Assembly (NCBI RefSeq): GCF_000981445.1
Contig: NC_027217.1
Location: forward strand, 1,302,001-1,366,000
DNA from: Babesia bigemina
Taxonomy: Eukaryota
Direction: 5' to 3'
Length of the DNA stretch: 64,000 nt
The notes under the pieces are model-generated. The model made no database searches, had not been told where the DNA came from, and saw nothing but the letters and a program-made list of their open reading frames with translations. Shown piece after piece: positions 1 through 11,815 of the stretch (the stretch's first letter is position 1; the number at the start of each line of letters is the position of its first letter). Made by a program: the position numbers and the translations under genes.

Positions 1-1359
1 GACAAGCTCCTCTTCGAGCAACTTCTGCGTATACAGATACACGTCTCCTTCGATGTGCATGATCGGCTCAAAATCACGCAATTCGACATGTCTCGAGATG
101 TAGTCACCTTTGCTGGTAGGTGCATTTTCTTGTTTCGTATCAACCACACCTAAGCGACATTGGAACGGGTCACTTGGTGATTTATGCCTGACTGGGCATT
201 TCGTTCCCAACTATTCGTTGTGCAGCTGCGTGTTTCCTGAACAATTGCGCTTACTAGAGTATTTGTGCTTTATAATAGATGACAAATGGTCAGTGTATGG
301 TGGAATTATCACATGATACAACGTACAAATTCAATGGAGTTTTGCATCCTGTGACAGGTTTTTACAACAAATTTGCAAGAGGACTTAGTCAGACTGTGTG
401 GACTCTCGATAGAAGTGTAAAGGTGAGCATTACCTGCAGACAACACATGCCCGCAGAGCGACCTTTCGGTGGAAGAATGCTTGTGTTTACCATTGCTTAC
501 GCTGTGCAATGCTGACGCGTATAAGTTTATGGCATCTGGCAGGGAAGACTGTGACGTAAGGACAACAGGCACCGGGAGGAAATTTTGTGTGGAAGTATAC
601 AATTGCAAAAGAGATCTTTTCCTGGTTTACGAACTCATCCATAAACTCGGGCGAAAGACTGCTATGTCTCACGACCACAACCATGAGGAATCATGCCAGC
701 ATATCGCGTGTCTGGGTGAACTCGAAAAGGTTAAAGATGGCTTGCAAGTCAGTGTCACAGGTGGACCGAGGGACCACTACTTTTTACTTGCGGGGAAGCA
801 ATCCGATGATCAGGAGGCAACTCATCGCATTACTATCGCAGGTGTGCCCAAAATGTCTCTAACCGAAGCATTCGACGGTGGCTCATATGACGGCGCGGCA
901 GTACCGAGCGCTGCGTGCTTCTACGGGATACGGGTGGTGTTCAATAGCAAAACAGAAAGACAGATCGTACAACGCGACGCCGAAAACAAAAACAAAATGT
1001 ATTCGTGCGTAGTTATCGCTGAAGAACCAATAACGCTAGAGGACTTAAAGGCGCTGCCACAAGGGCCGATCACCATATCGCAGTGCAATCCCATACGCAC
1101 CAGCCATCGCAAAAGCCAATGTAAAAGAGAGCGCCAAATACATCGCATCAGTGCTGAACCGATACATCCAAGAATGTTTCTGCTACACCTCACAACGCAA
1201 GCTGGTAAGAGTGGCGTACTAAATCATCTAAATAACGCAGGTACATATATCAAAGAATTTGTGAGCGGCGATTTCGGTCGGACGACGCCATCAATAAAAG
1301 CGATGCTTGGAGGAAAAACTGTGTACGTTGCACACTTGGACGTAGTGGATTTCTCGTAA
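1..1359 (+). CDS. PUS10: tRNA pseudouridine synthase Pus10 (5'-truncated by window edge, multi-exon)
   Basis: Catalytic motif ASGREDCDVR and C-terminal AGTYIKEFVSGDFGRTTPS...LDV. Several short GT-AG introns are likely (e.g. GTAAGAG...AACGCAG near 1205-1240). Exon boundaries are approximate. Confidence 0.85.
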
Positions 1360-1764
1360 AATGTGCCATACACACCCATCACAGCCTACGCTTCGGAGAA
1401 TTTGGCACGTATCGAGCTGGACAATTACACACCGGGTATATATGGCACCAAAACGTGGTTGGTAGTTAGATGGAAGGTGTCTAGGTGATGTCGCGCGGAA
1501 CACATGATTCCAGATGCCGCTGTTTTTTATGGGGAATACCGCGCGGAAATGTACGGATGGAAGATGCGCTGCTGTACACCACACATTGTCGTAGACACGG
1601 GTATTTTCATTCGTAATTGCTAAAGCGTGTCGTTCTCCGATTCAGTGAAATTTTGGGGGGCCAGTGTGTTGAATACTCGCCGCGGCAGGACACGCAACGG
1701 TGTCTCTACCCCTAACGTAGTTTGATAACCGTATAAATAATTGTAACCGTCACACATTGTAACG

Positions 1765-2833
1765 ATGGCTCGCAATGTGGAGAGCGCGGTCGAGGCGGCC
1801 AGCCATTATGACCCGGAGAAAAGTGAGTATAATGGAGAGCTAATTAAGAGTCTGCAGATGCCGAATGTGATGATTACTGCTTCTCGGAAACAACTCCCAC
1901 CTACATTAGACACGAATTCGTCAGGAAGGTGTTCGGCATTGTCACCATCCAACTCGCTGTAAGTCAGCTTGTACAACGTAGTGCTACGAATCCCTTTCAA
2001 TGCAAACTTCGTTACCTTCTGTTGCAATTACGATGTATCACTCTGGATTCTGTCGCATGGTAGAACCATTTTCCCCTCCTTATGACTGGTTTTTTCTCAT
2101 ACGACACCTTGTCCATTGGCGGTGGTAGCCTTCACCTTGAAGATTTATTTTGTTAAGCGTGCTTCGTTGCAATCTCTACAATACAAATCTCATGTGAACT
2201 GCAGGCTACTTTCGGGTTTCTGCTTACTGCGCTTTTTGTCGAGCGCATGAATGACTTCTTCAAGGAGCGCTACTATATCGGGATTGTGGCAATAGTCGTC
2301 TTCATATTCGCCTCACTTGTAATTTCGTGTAAACGCTCCTTGGCCCGTAACAAAACTGTTGGGATTGGGGTGCTGTTTATGATGACAGGATGCATGATGC
2401 TTTATGTCACGTGCTTCGCCGTGCACTATGCGATCTTCCAGGTCACGGTAGCAGCGGGATTGACAGCTGGTTTGACGCTGGTTGTTACTATTTTTGCTAT
2501 GCAAACGAAGTATGATTTTACAGGTATGCGTGATCATCATGTTTTTAAATATCTGCAGGGTACATGTTGCACATATTCTGCTTTGCCATCGTCCTGTTTG
2601 CCACCGGCATCCTCATAGCCTTCTTCCCTAACCGGATTCTGCACCTTATATACTCAGCAATTGGAGCTACGCTTGTGTGTGTCTATTTGGTTGTAGACAT
2701 ACAGCTAGCCGTTGGTGGTAAGAAGTACGAGTGGACGATTGACGACTACGTCATCGCCGCAATCTCCATCTACGTTGACGTCGTGTCTCTCTTCATTCAC
2801 CTGCTCGGAATTGTGGCTAGTTCCACAAACTGA
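1765..2833 (+). CDS. Bax inhibitor-1 / TMBIM (Lifeguard-like) membrane protein, multi-exon
   Basis: Spliced reading gives [28 protein letters not shown] and [33 protein letters not shown], with multiple hydrophobic helices. Confidence 0.85.
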
Positions 2834-4009
2834 TGGTTTTCTGGAGTTATCAAATAATTTCATCACTTCCCCAGCATCTGTTGTCAATGGCATGGAAACG
2901 CATGCCACGGAACGTTCCCCGGGAACGTTTTCTAATGTACTAATTAATATCAATAATCAACACTGTGAATGGCATAATGTGAGTAGTGACATCATTAAAC
3001 GTGGCCGCTCCATGATGCTATATACCGAATGCCTCCTCGCGTAAATAGAAGCCTCAAGTGGATGCCAGCGTTTCCTCGTAAATGCATAATCCACCGCCGT
3101 ATTATAGTCGAGTTAGCATCAGGCATTTGTGTTGTGAGTACTTTTTCGTGATAAGAAAGTGAAACTTTACAGCGTATCACCTCCGGGCGGCAAACGTGGG
3201 CATTGCTAATTGGATAATCTGACGCAGGCACGCATACACATTACCCATCAACGCAATACACAGTGCCTATTGCAGCGGCACGCCTGTTATAAGAGACCTA
3301 TCGTATTAACGAAACATAATTATTAAGTCCGTGGCACGGATATTTCAGAGTTGGTGTACCTGAGCTACGTCCAGACCATTTGCAAAAAACTACATTGGAG
3401 AGTTATCGTTTTCAGATAAACATGCCGTCCATGACATATCGCTTGGACGTTGCAAATTTCCAATCATTTTTCCCACCAGCAGATTTCACCGTAGAATAAC
3501 ATCGACAAAACCAGCACACAGATCAAATCGCCGTACGTGTCTTGTCCACTGGTTAACCACGGCTTTGGGGAATGCGACAGCAAAAACGAGTGCAACGATA
3601 AAGCTGTTAAATGTCAAAGAAGCTACACGGTGGAATAATTGTGCACAATTATCCAAGTTTCAAAATCAGCGTAACAGAAAGCTACAGTACACCGCAATCG
3701 ATCTACAACAAAGCACGTAGTTGATAAATACGGTAACATCACAGTCAATCGTTAAGCACCTTTGCACTTCAACTGTGTGAAAAGTCGCCCTTCACGGTTT
3801 AAGAGCAGTGTTACAGTGTGTAGAGTTGGTAGGCATTCCAGCTCAGCATCTATAGCTATTCTCTTCACACAACAAAATAACCGCAGTTTCTTCACGATCC
3901 AGATGTGGAGCAAACTCGTTAAATCGGATACTGTAAAAGCGGTATACAATGAAGGCAGTAGTCCTAACGCTGTCACATGGGTGCTTGTCTAACGGGCAAC
4001 GTCGGCAAT

Positions 4010-4703
4010 CTACGTGCCGTTACCGCGGTATACTATCAACAGCACAGTGGCTATAGCCATGAGCACCGTTAGTGCTATTAGAATCTGCACAAGCCTCTCA
4101 CGAAGGATACCCTTTGCGATCTGCTTCAAGGTTGCATTCGCGGTCACAACATTTTCTTCAACGGCATTTATAGTCCTCCCAACGCGATAAAGACTTTCGG
4201 TTTGCCTTTCAAGGTCCTGCGTCACTTCTGCTCCGAGCTTTTCTGAGGTAATGGTAAGTGTTCTCATTCTGTTAATGGAGCTCTGCGAAAACATGTATGT
4301 ATGCTCGAGTATTTCTTACCTGTGTCTTGTCCTGAATATCGTCACCCCATGCGATAAGTTTCTGAGCGTGAGTCAAATGTCCGGACTCCTTGAGTTTCTC
4401 AAATTGGTTGAGCTCGTTTTGCTCTACAACGGTTCTGAGTTCTGCAAGCTTATCCTTCAGCTCCTTAAATTTTTGTTGCTTTTCATGCAACCGCATGAGG
4501 TGGGACTGCTTAGTTTGCGCCTTTAGAACGTCGATTTCTTGTTGGTAGTTGACTTCTGCAACCTTCGCCCTTTCGATGAGCAGCAGCGCCTCGCTGAACC
4601 GGTCACTTTGCTGCTGCTCGTCTAGTTGCTCAAAGTTGTGAAGAGATGCTTTCAGCTGCAGCAGCAGCCTGTCAAGCTCGTCTTCACATTGGTATATAGC
4701 CAT
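4010..4703 (-). CDS. Q-SNARE vesicle-fusion protein (Vti1/NPSN-like), 2 exons
   Basis: Helical N-domain, SNARE heptads (SEKLGAEVTQDLERQTESL) and a C-terminal TM helix. A GTAAG...CGCAG intron at about 4319-4283 joins the two ORFs in frame. Confidence 0.8.
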
Positions 4704-5067
4704 TATGTGCGCCGGTTGCGATCATTGTTTGTGCAAAGAGCACACACCTTGTCCACAGTCGAGTGTACCAGTTCCTTTCCCCTATTATAATCTTATACAG
4801 AATCAAAATACGACTTGATTCAAATCGAATACCGCGTCGAGATATATGGTGTTTGCAGATAAGTATAAAAATCACGCGCTTACTCACGAGACATGTGTAA
4901 GCATCCGCAGATATAGCTACACTACCCTGAGACTTTGATCACAGTTTACAACGTTTGATTTTGTGTTCAGATATACAGTAGTAACTGTCTGTCTACGTAG
5001 TAAACGTTCAGCGTATGGTCTCAAGTACAGTCATGATTCAACATAGATCCACGCGCCATTAAGCGTT

Positions 5068-5956
5068 ATGCCGATAGATTACTCTAAATGGGACCATCTG
5101 GAGCTATCTGACTCCGATGAGGAGAACAAACCTCGTGTGATAAAGTTGGACCGTTCTCAGCGGATTGAACTCGGTCGAGACGGCTACAACATTGTGTCTA
5201 GCACTGCGAGCGCAGCTGATCCTCGCGAAATCGCTGCTCAATATAAATTCTGGAAGGATCATCTTAAGAACGGCAGTGTGGTTGCACGATCTCACGCGTT
5301 TGCGCAAGACCGTTACGATGTTTGTCTTCTTATCGCTCTGCGTGACGACGCACGGCACGGTTTAGAGGTAGAGGTGACGGAATCCCATATCCGGATCCTT
5401 GCTAAAGGTCTCGAAATTTTCAACAAGGAGCTATTCGCAAAGGTCAAAAGCGATGACGACTATGTGAACTGGCAAATTGTGCGCAAGTACGTTGACTGGA
5501 ACGCACTGGAGTCGTACTGCCGCAACGCCGGCCGTGGATCGTTGGGCACCCATATGGTATTCACCGAGTTCTATGAGCAGGCGTTCGTAGAGGTCGATCT
5601 TAAAAAGCAAAATAATATAGAGGACTGCTTTTTGTGGTGGCCCAAAGCCTTTAAGGTATGTATTCACTGTTTACGGAGAGATGACGCTCTCGCCATAGTG
5701 TATATAACTTAACGTGTCAGTTCGTACGCCGGCTCATCTTCAGCATAAACTCGCAGAAGCTGTGCTGTGTTTTTCGTGCCACTGTTTTGCCTTCCTCTGT
5801 ATTGTACGCCGAAAGTGCATATACACATCACCTCAGGATGACGTGCCGTCTATACGCTTCGAGACTCAGGGGGGCACCAAGTTTAAGGAATCATGGAACC
5901 AAGCCCACGAAGCCTTCAAACAGCGTGTGAAAAGTTTCGAGAAGGTGCCGCTATGA
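5068..5956 (+). CDS. CS (p23/NudC-like) domain protein with Cdc37-like N-terminal motif, 2 exons
   Basis: MPIDYSKWDHLELSDSDEE N-terminus. CS-like core (FAQDRYDV...LEVEVTESHIRI...LFAKVKSDD...W...LKK...WWPK). Intron about 5656-5836 gives an in-frame last exon ending KVPL*. Confidence 0.7.
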
Positions 5957-6530
5957 CTTCAACAGGGTATGGACTGCGTTCCACGTGGCATCGTCTGGGG
6001 CGCAAAAGACAACCCTTTCCAGTCGTTTCACTGACTTGGCATTCTTTGTTATTAGCTCCAGAGAGTAGTTATCAGAATGCATTATCACATCTAATGGCAC
6101 CAACAACGATCGCTTCCCTTGTCGGGCCAATTCGTCCGCAATTCCAACCAGGTTGCCGTACGATACCCAGCTGGTTCCTGTGAAGTAGTTCTCGGCAGTT
6201 ATAATCCTGAATCCGCAGTCCGACTCTTCACTGACATGTTTCAAACGCATACTTTGATTTCCATCAATGCCTTTACGCCCATAAATCCGGCTCATAAAGA
6301 GTTGACGTTTAAGCGTACTCTCGTCGTGCATGTATGTACAGTCCGCTTTAACACGTGTCCAATCTGAACATATGTTAATGTGCTGCATAAGCGATGTTAT
6401 ACGAACAATTAATACGACTCTACACGCCATTGAGGAAGTAATTATTAGACGAAAATTATCTCGTAAGTGTATCAACCTTCGTCATTAATCGCAAAGGTGC
6501 AACATAAGAACGAATGCCGCATGTAAACAT
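5951..6530 (-). CDS. Small degenerate macrodomain-like protein, multi-exon
   Basis: TRVKADC, SYGNLVGIADELARQGKRSLLVP and LERVVFCAPDDATWNAVHTLL follow the macrodomain pattern. A plausible ATG lies at 6530 with two small introns (inferred). Confidence 0.45.
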
Positions 6531-8851
6531 CAGACACTAACCTCCTATATGTAGTGATATGTGTTTGTGCATATCATACCGCGTAGCGAGCTTTGTGGCG
6601 TCAACAACACTCATGTGCGTCTTCGACTTCAGATGACCTACACGTCCGATATGACTGATGACTGTCTTTAATGTCATATTGGAAGTGTATTCTACTGTGT
6701 ACTAGTTTATCTGACAGCAATTTCACACGGTTCATTGCTATACTATCATCTCCGGTTTGGTGCGTCGTCTTATGAGGAATAAGTATTAGTTGATTTTTAT
6801 CCGATGGAATTTCGGGATAGATACACCATTTTAGGGGTACACGTCGGCAATCATTACCATCTAGTTTTTGTTTGCCCAGCCATACAAGTGTGTCCATCCA
6901 CTGAGAGCTATGCCTCCAGTGTTTGAAGCATATACTAGACAACAAAAACACCGAAAAACACAATGTTAACATATATTTAATATGGCGTAATTATTCAATT
7001 TAGTTGCTTCTAATTTGGCAGGAAGGCGACGAAACTATTACATAAGGTCGGTACTGCTCTGGAAGGCTGAATTCGTATCGAACGAAAAGTATGAAACAAA
7101 TATATTGTACACACCGATACCAGTTACCTGTGTATGTATCTATATGTTGGTTTGCATAGTTTGTTGAATGAAGTCTCGGTGACTGCAGCGTGATGGTCTA
7201 CACACATTTAGTTACTGCGGGTCATTGGTGTTTTATTGAAGGGTTTTGATTATGTCAATGGCAAGCTTTATCGTTGTAATCAAATTCATCCGTTTCATTT
7301 CCCCCGCTTCGTTTCACATGTCATCCAATAACATATTCATCTAGTACCGAACGCCTCTACGTAAAGCTTCTGACTGACACGACTTCATATTAGTGTCGTA
7401 TGTGCAAACTAGCTCTGTTGCCTATTCAAAACGTGGTTCAGTGGTGGCGTTGAAATCGTACGCCCTAATGGCCAGCATTACGGCCTATGTTTGTCTGCTT
7501 GTATATCGTACCAGCGAAGTGGAAATCGCATATTGATTATGTAAGACAAAAGTAATAGCCATTTTATATATACGTAAACAATCATATCCAGTTTGAATTC
7601 CACACAATCGTACTGTTATGTTGCATTACTACTTGGTTGCCGTGGATATGTGTTGATTCGAGTGCCACTTGCCTTAAACCGCTATATTACCATTCATAGT
7701 TGGCCACACAATCACATGCCTGCCTAGGGTATATTATGAAGGATTTCTTGAAGTCGCGATCTTTCAATCATCACTTATAATGATGGAAGTTGTTGGGTGC
7801 AGGCTTTCGATTACAAGCCAAGTAAAAGATGACACGGACTACCACAATGCACGTGACGCATGCATTTATCACTCTATAACATCCACATGAACAGCCAAAC
7901 GATTTCCCAGTCATCACAAGATGCCGAAATTCATCACGTCCCACTTGACAACCTAGGGCAACTTAAGCAGATGGTAGTACCAGTTGGGGGGTTGGAACTC
8001 TTAGATACCGCAGCAGAGACACGGAACAATACACTTCTCTTTGTGTGTGATATATGAAGTTCTGAGGAATAGAACATCATATTTAGCGGCCTGCCTCGGT
8101 GGTGAAGTGCACATTAAGTACGTGTACACCACACACTACGATTCACCGAACACATAAGAAAAATCGATCTCAAAATATCATCTAAGTAGTTATACTTCTC
8201 ATATGTGCTGCAAACTGTAATCTTCACGAGTGGAACTCGTACTGTAGTAAGAACTGTTCGAGGTTCTAATTATAGATCATCTGTGGCTATGAATACGAAC
8301 TTAACTGCTGCGTTGTGTAGGAAACGTGTATTATGAGCATGCCCAGCTATCAGTATGAAAAGTAATCGTGCTAAAGCTGTGTCTGATGCTTTTTCACAAA
8401 AACGTATAAGACGATACATCGAGATCCGACATTGTCAAGCGGTTGAATGAGGTGTTGCCGACGATCCCATCGGTATCATCATTCTCTGCATGCTCCGGTA
8501 TCAAACTCGTTTATCGCAGTGTGTATTTTTCATTCAAGTCTAGAAGAGGTGTTGCATACGGCGTATTCGTAACCAAAGCTTCCAGGTTGTCCGTAACGTT
8601 CACTACCATTGGAAGGGGATAATACCATCCAGGAAACAAATCATCCATCATGTAGACACTGGAGTACTTCGAAAATCTGTTTAGTTATGTTGTTGAGACT
8701 GTGCTATAACTATTGTCCTTTATCGAGTTCATGGCGTGCCTTTGTGGCATTATTTTGCGGATCCACAAACGTATGAAGGTGCGCCATTGAGACACTAGGG
8801 GGTTATATCCATTGCTGTATTCAATAACGCAAATTAAGGACACATCACAAA

Positions 8852-9580
8852 ATGGTGTACAATGTGTTGACTGAAGCTCCTCACAATCTCAAGGAGGGCA
8901 TTGACTGGTTGGTGGCTTTGAAGGGAACTTATGGCGAGAACAACTTAAAGACCATCGTTGGAGCAATTCAGAAATTTCTCTCATACCACCGCCTACATAA
9001 ACCTCAGGAAGCTAAGAAGCATTTATCTTACGAGAATATAAACTTATCTCCATGAGGTTCACGTGGAACCAGTAGCATAGGGACATCTGGCCAGCTAGCG
9101 ATATGCTGGGTAAATTCATTAAAACTATGGTTGAAAAAACTTTACCGATTTCGTCAATCCCATGGACTCAAATACTGAGAAAATCACAGAGACCTTAAGT
9201 AAATTTGTTAATGTTTTTGAGAAGTTCTTGGAGGGTATCAGAGTGCCAGACCAGTACAAGTCTGCTTGCAGTTCTTAAGCAACGGACTGAATAATGTTTA
9301 GAAAGCCGAAGGACAGCGCTGCGGATTTTGGGGGAATCGCGTCAATGTTATACAGAGGGCCACCGTCCTTGCTGAACACGACTTGCGATACAGCGAGGAG
9401 GTGGTTGTCATTTTGTGATGATGAGCCTAAGCTAGAGGTGTTGAATGCCGTAAGTTATAGCTAAATAGACTGCCGCTTCAGAATCAGTGCGTCAAATGTC
9501 GTCAGTATGTTGGGATGCGTGGATAAACGAGTGTTGCAGATGAGTTGTGCCCCCCGCTTGATTTGGGGCCCTATACTGAG
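8852..9580 (+). pseudogene. ves-like (VESA1 N-terminal/ves2-type) pseudogene, copy 1
   Basis: MVYNVLTEAPHNLKEGIDWLVALKG start. After codon 67 there are frameshifts and stops, but remnants (PDQYKSA.SS*AT, GIASMLYRG) match the intact gene at 24125. Confidence 0.8.
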
Positions 9581-10046
9581 TTGGTATCGCAGATGTACTG
9601 TGAAAAAAGTTTAGCACGCGCATATTCTCAGCCCAGCTCCACATTATATACCCTTCAACGAGTTGTCACGAGGCATCTTTAATTTATGAAATGTAGTGAT
9701 TGTCAGATTTACTTACGCAATCTGCCCACTTCACAGAGTCAATCAGATCGTGTTAAACACGGTTCTCAGCGCCTTTTAAATCTTAGCAAGGGTGCACGTT
9801 GGGCTGCTCTTGCTGCAACGTGAGAGCATTTCACTTCGTATAGCCGACATATATTGAGTGGAACGTACGCAGCTTATAAATAACGGTATGTTTTACTTTG
9901 CTAGCTATCAAGTGAACGGGTTACTATAGCTGCCTTTGGGGGCATCTTAGTAAAACTAGTCATTGAAATCCGGAATGCCTATTTGGTGTAAAGCATGTTA
10001 ACACCTACGCGTAGTGTCATTCTACCGGCAGAAGATTCCCTGGATG

Positions 10047-10068
10047 TATATATATATATATATATATA
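10047..10068. repeat. (TA)11 microsatellite
   Basis: Read directly from the sequence. Confidence 0.95.
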
Positions 10069-11049
10069 TGATTACTTTGTCTTAAAGCTGCATACACGAA
10101 TGTATCCTGCATTGGACGGTTTGCTCTGTTTGGGTTGTATGGATACTCTACATGCTATAACCCGTGGAGCGGTCCTGGACGTAACTGCACTGCTCCATTG
10201 AAGCGATGTGAAACATTCCCAGAACTATCATGAAGTGGAACCTGTGGCCTAAACTAACTGCGTGAGGTGCTATCCTGGTAAATGCGGAAACCAGGCCGAA
10301 AACAGTGTAACCAGGTGGCACATTATACACTACCGGAAGATTAACTATGATACACTATACTGCGTTATTTGTAAAGTGGAGCGTCGATCTCGTTAGTGGG
10401 TATCAGCTTCACCACATAGACCTGGCCGGACATACAACCATTGATGGAGGGAGATCAAAGTAGCAGTTTATACGCAACTCCTCCCACAAACTGTTATGCC
10501 ATCATGGTACCAATCGACATGGCGCTTCATAGCGTTGTTTCGATGGTTTTATTTAACGTTGATTTTGATATGAGTCACGCTGCTCATCTATCTGGTACGT
10601 CTGTTACCCAAGTGTCATCCTTGCAAAATAACTACGCATATCAATATTAATACGAGGATGCAACAATAATCATGAAAAGTGCAGCATTCATGTTATTGGC
10701 AGATATCATATGGAATACATGTGGCACCATGCCTAACACAACATTGGTGGCAGCAAGTGAGTCGTCAAGTGGGCTCCACCGTATACGCTGGCTGACTATT
10801 GTGTTGGAACACACTAATTACACTCCTTACTATGATAAATGTGAATTAATCTGCATATTTTGAATAAGCCAGTTTTTAATACGCCAAGACGCCCACCACC
10901 CGATGTCATTTCTAAAGCCGATGTGTTCTACAGGGAAACATCAGAGTGGCTGGAAAGGTTGTGTCCACCATTGCAAACAAGCATAACTTTCGGACACTTT
11001 ATAGTTTACGACGGAGATTGCGCCTTCGAGGGTGATCTGCTACACTGCC

Positions 11050-11458
11050 GCAACATCTGCCTCAATAGCCGTCTCAGGATGGGATTCACAGACGATGATC
11101 TACCTAAGCCTCACCAAACTGGCAAATACTAGTCTACCATCTTCACTCCTACCCGTGGTATCGATGACCATTTGCTGACATTGTCCTCCCACCTGGTCTG
11201 GTTCACCAGGAAACCGCGCAGGCTATCGATTTTGGATGTGCGTTGCTCCGCCATTTCGCCGCACTTCAACGGTCTAATCCATAAATACGCGTATAAATGT
11301 TCGTAATGATGGTCATTTAGAGAGGCATAGCCGTATCTGGCTTTAATGTTCCCCATAACATAGGTTGCCGGCTTTAACACCGTCTCCTAGCTGATAGTCT
11401 GCCAATTGAGTTCCTTCAACAGGCCTCCAACAAATGCGTATTTCGTCTTTTTGTATCC
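11050..11458 (-). mobile_element. Possible decayed non-LTR retrotransposon fragment (post-RT thumb region), copy 1
   Basis: NIKARYGYASLNDH...KIDSLRGFLV followed, after a frameshift, by GRSEDGRLVFASL. This resembles the post-RT LNAKNLFRAINEH...KIDDEIRKIL...LPRSEGGRGL pattern as recalled. Contains in-frame stops. Confidence 0.4.
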
Positions 11459-11815
11459 ATTAATTCATATTGGAAGATAACGTCGATTGTTAAGATGGTT
11501 ATGGTACTATTTCGCCGATTATCTCCCATCCGATACGATCGCTAAACATTTGAGGCGATACTACCGCCAACAGCATATATACTACCATTCTAATATATTA
11601 TACATCAACACGAATATTTAAAGCCTCTTGTTGCATCTGACCCATGTGTCAAATGATTGTTATGGTTGGAGATATGAAGGAAATTTCGTCGGTGAGCATC
11701 CAGACAGCTGCTGACATCCTTGCAGGGTTATTGCCATAAGCAATAAACCTTTGATCACCTTAGCCACACTTGTACTCGTTTATTCACATTTAGTGTTATT
11801 GAAAACTGTAGTGAT

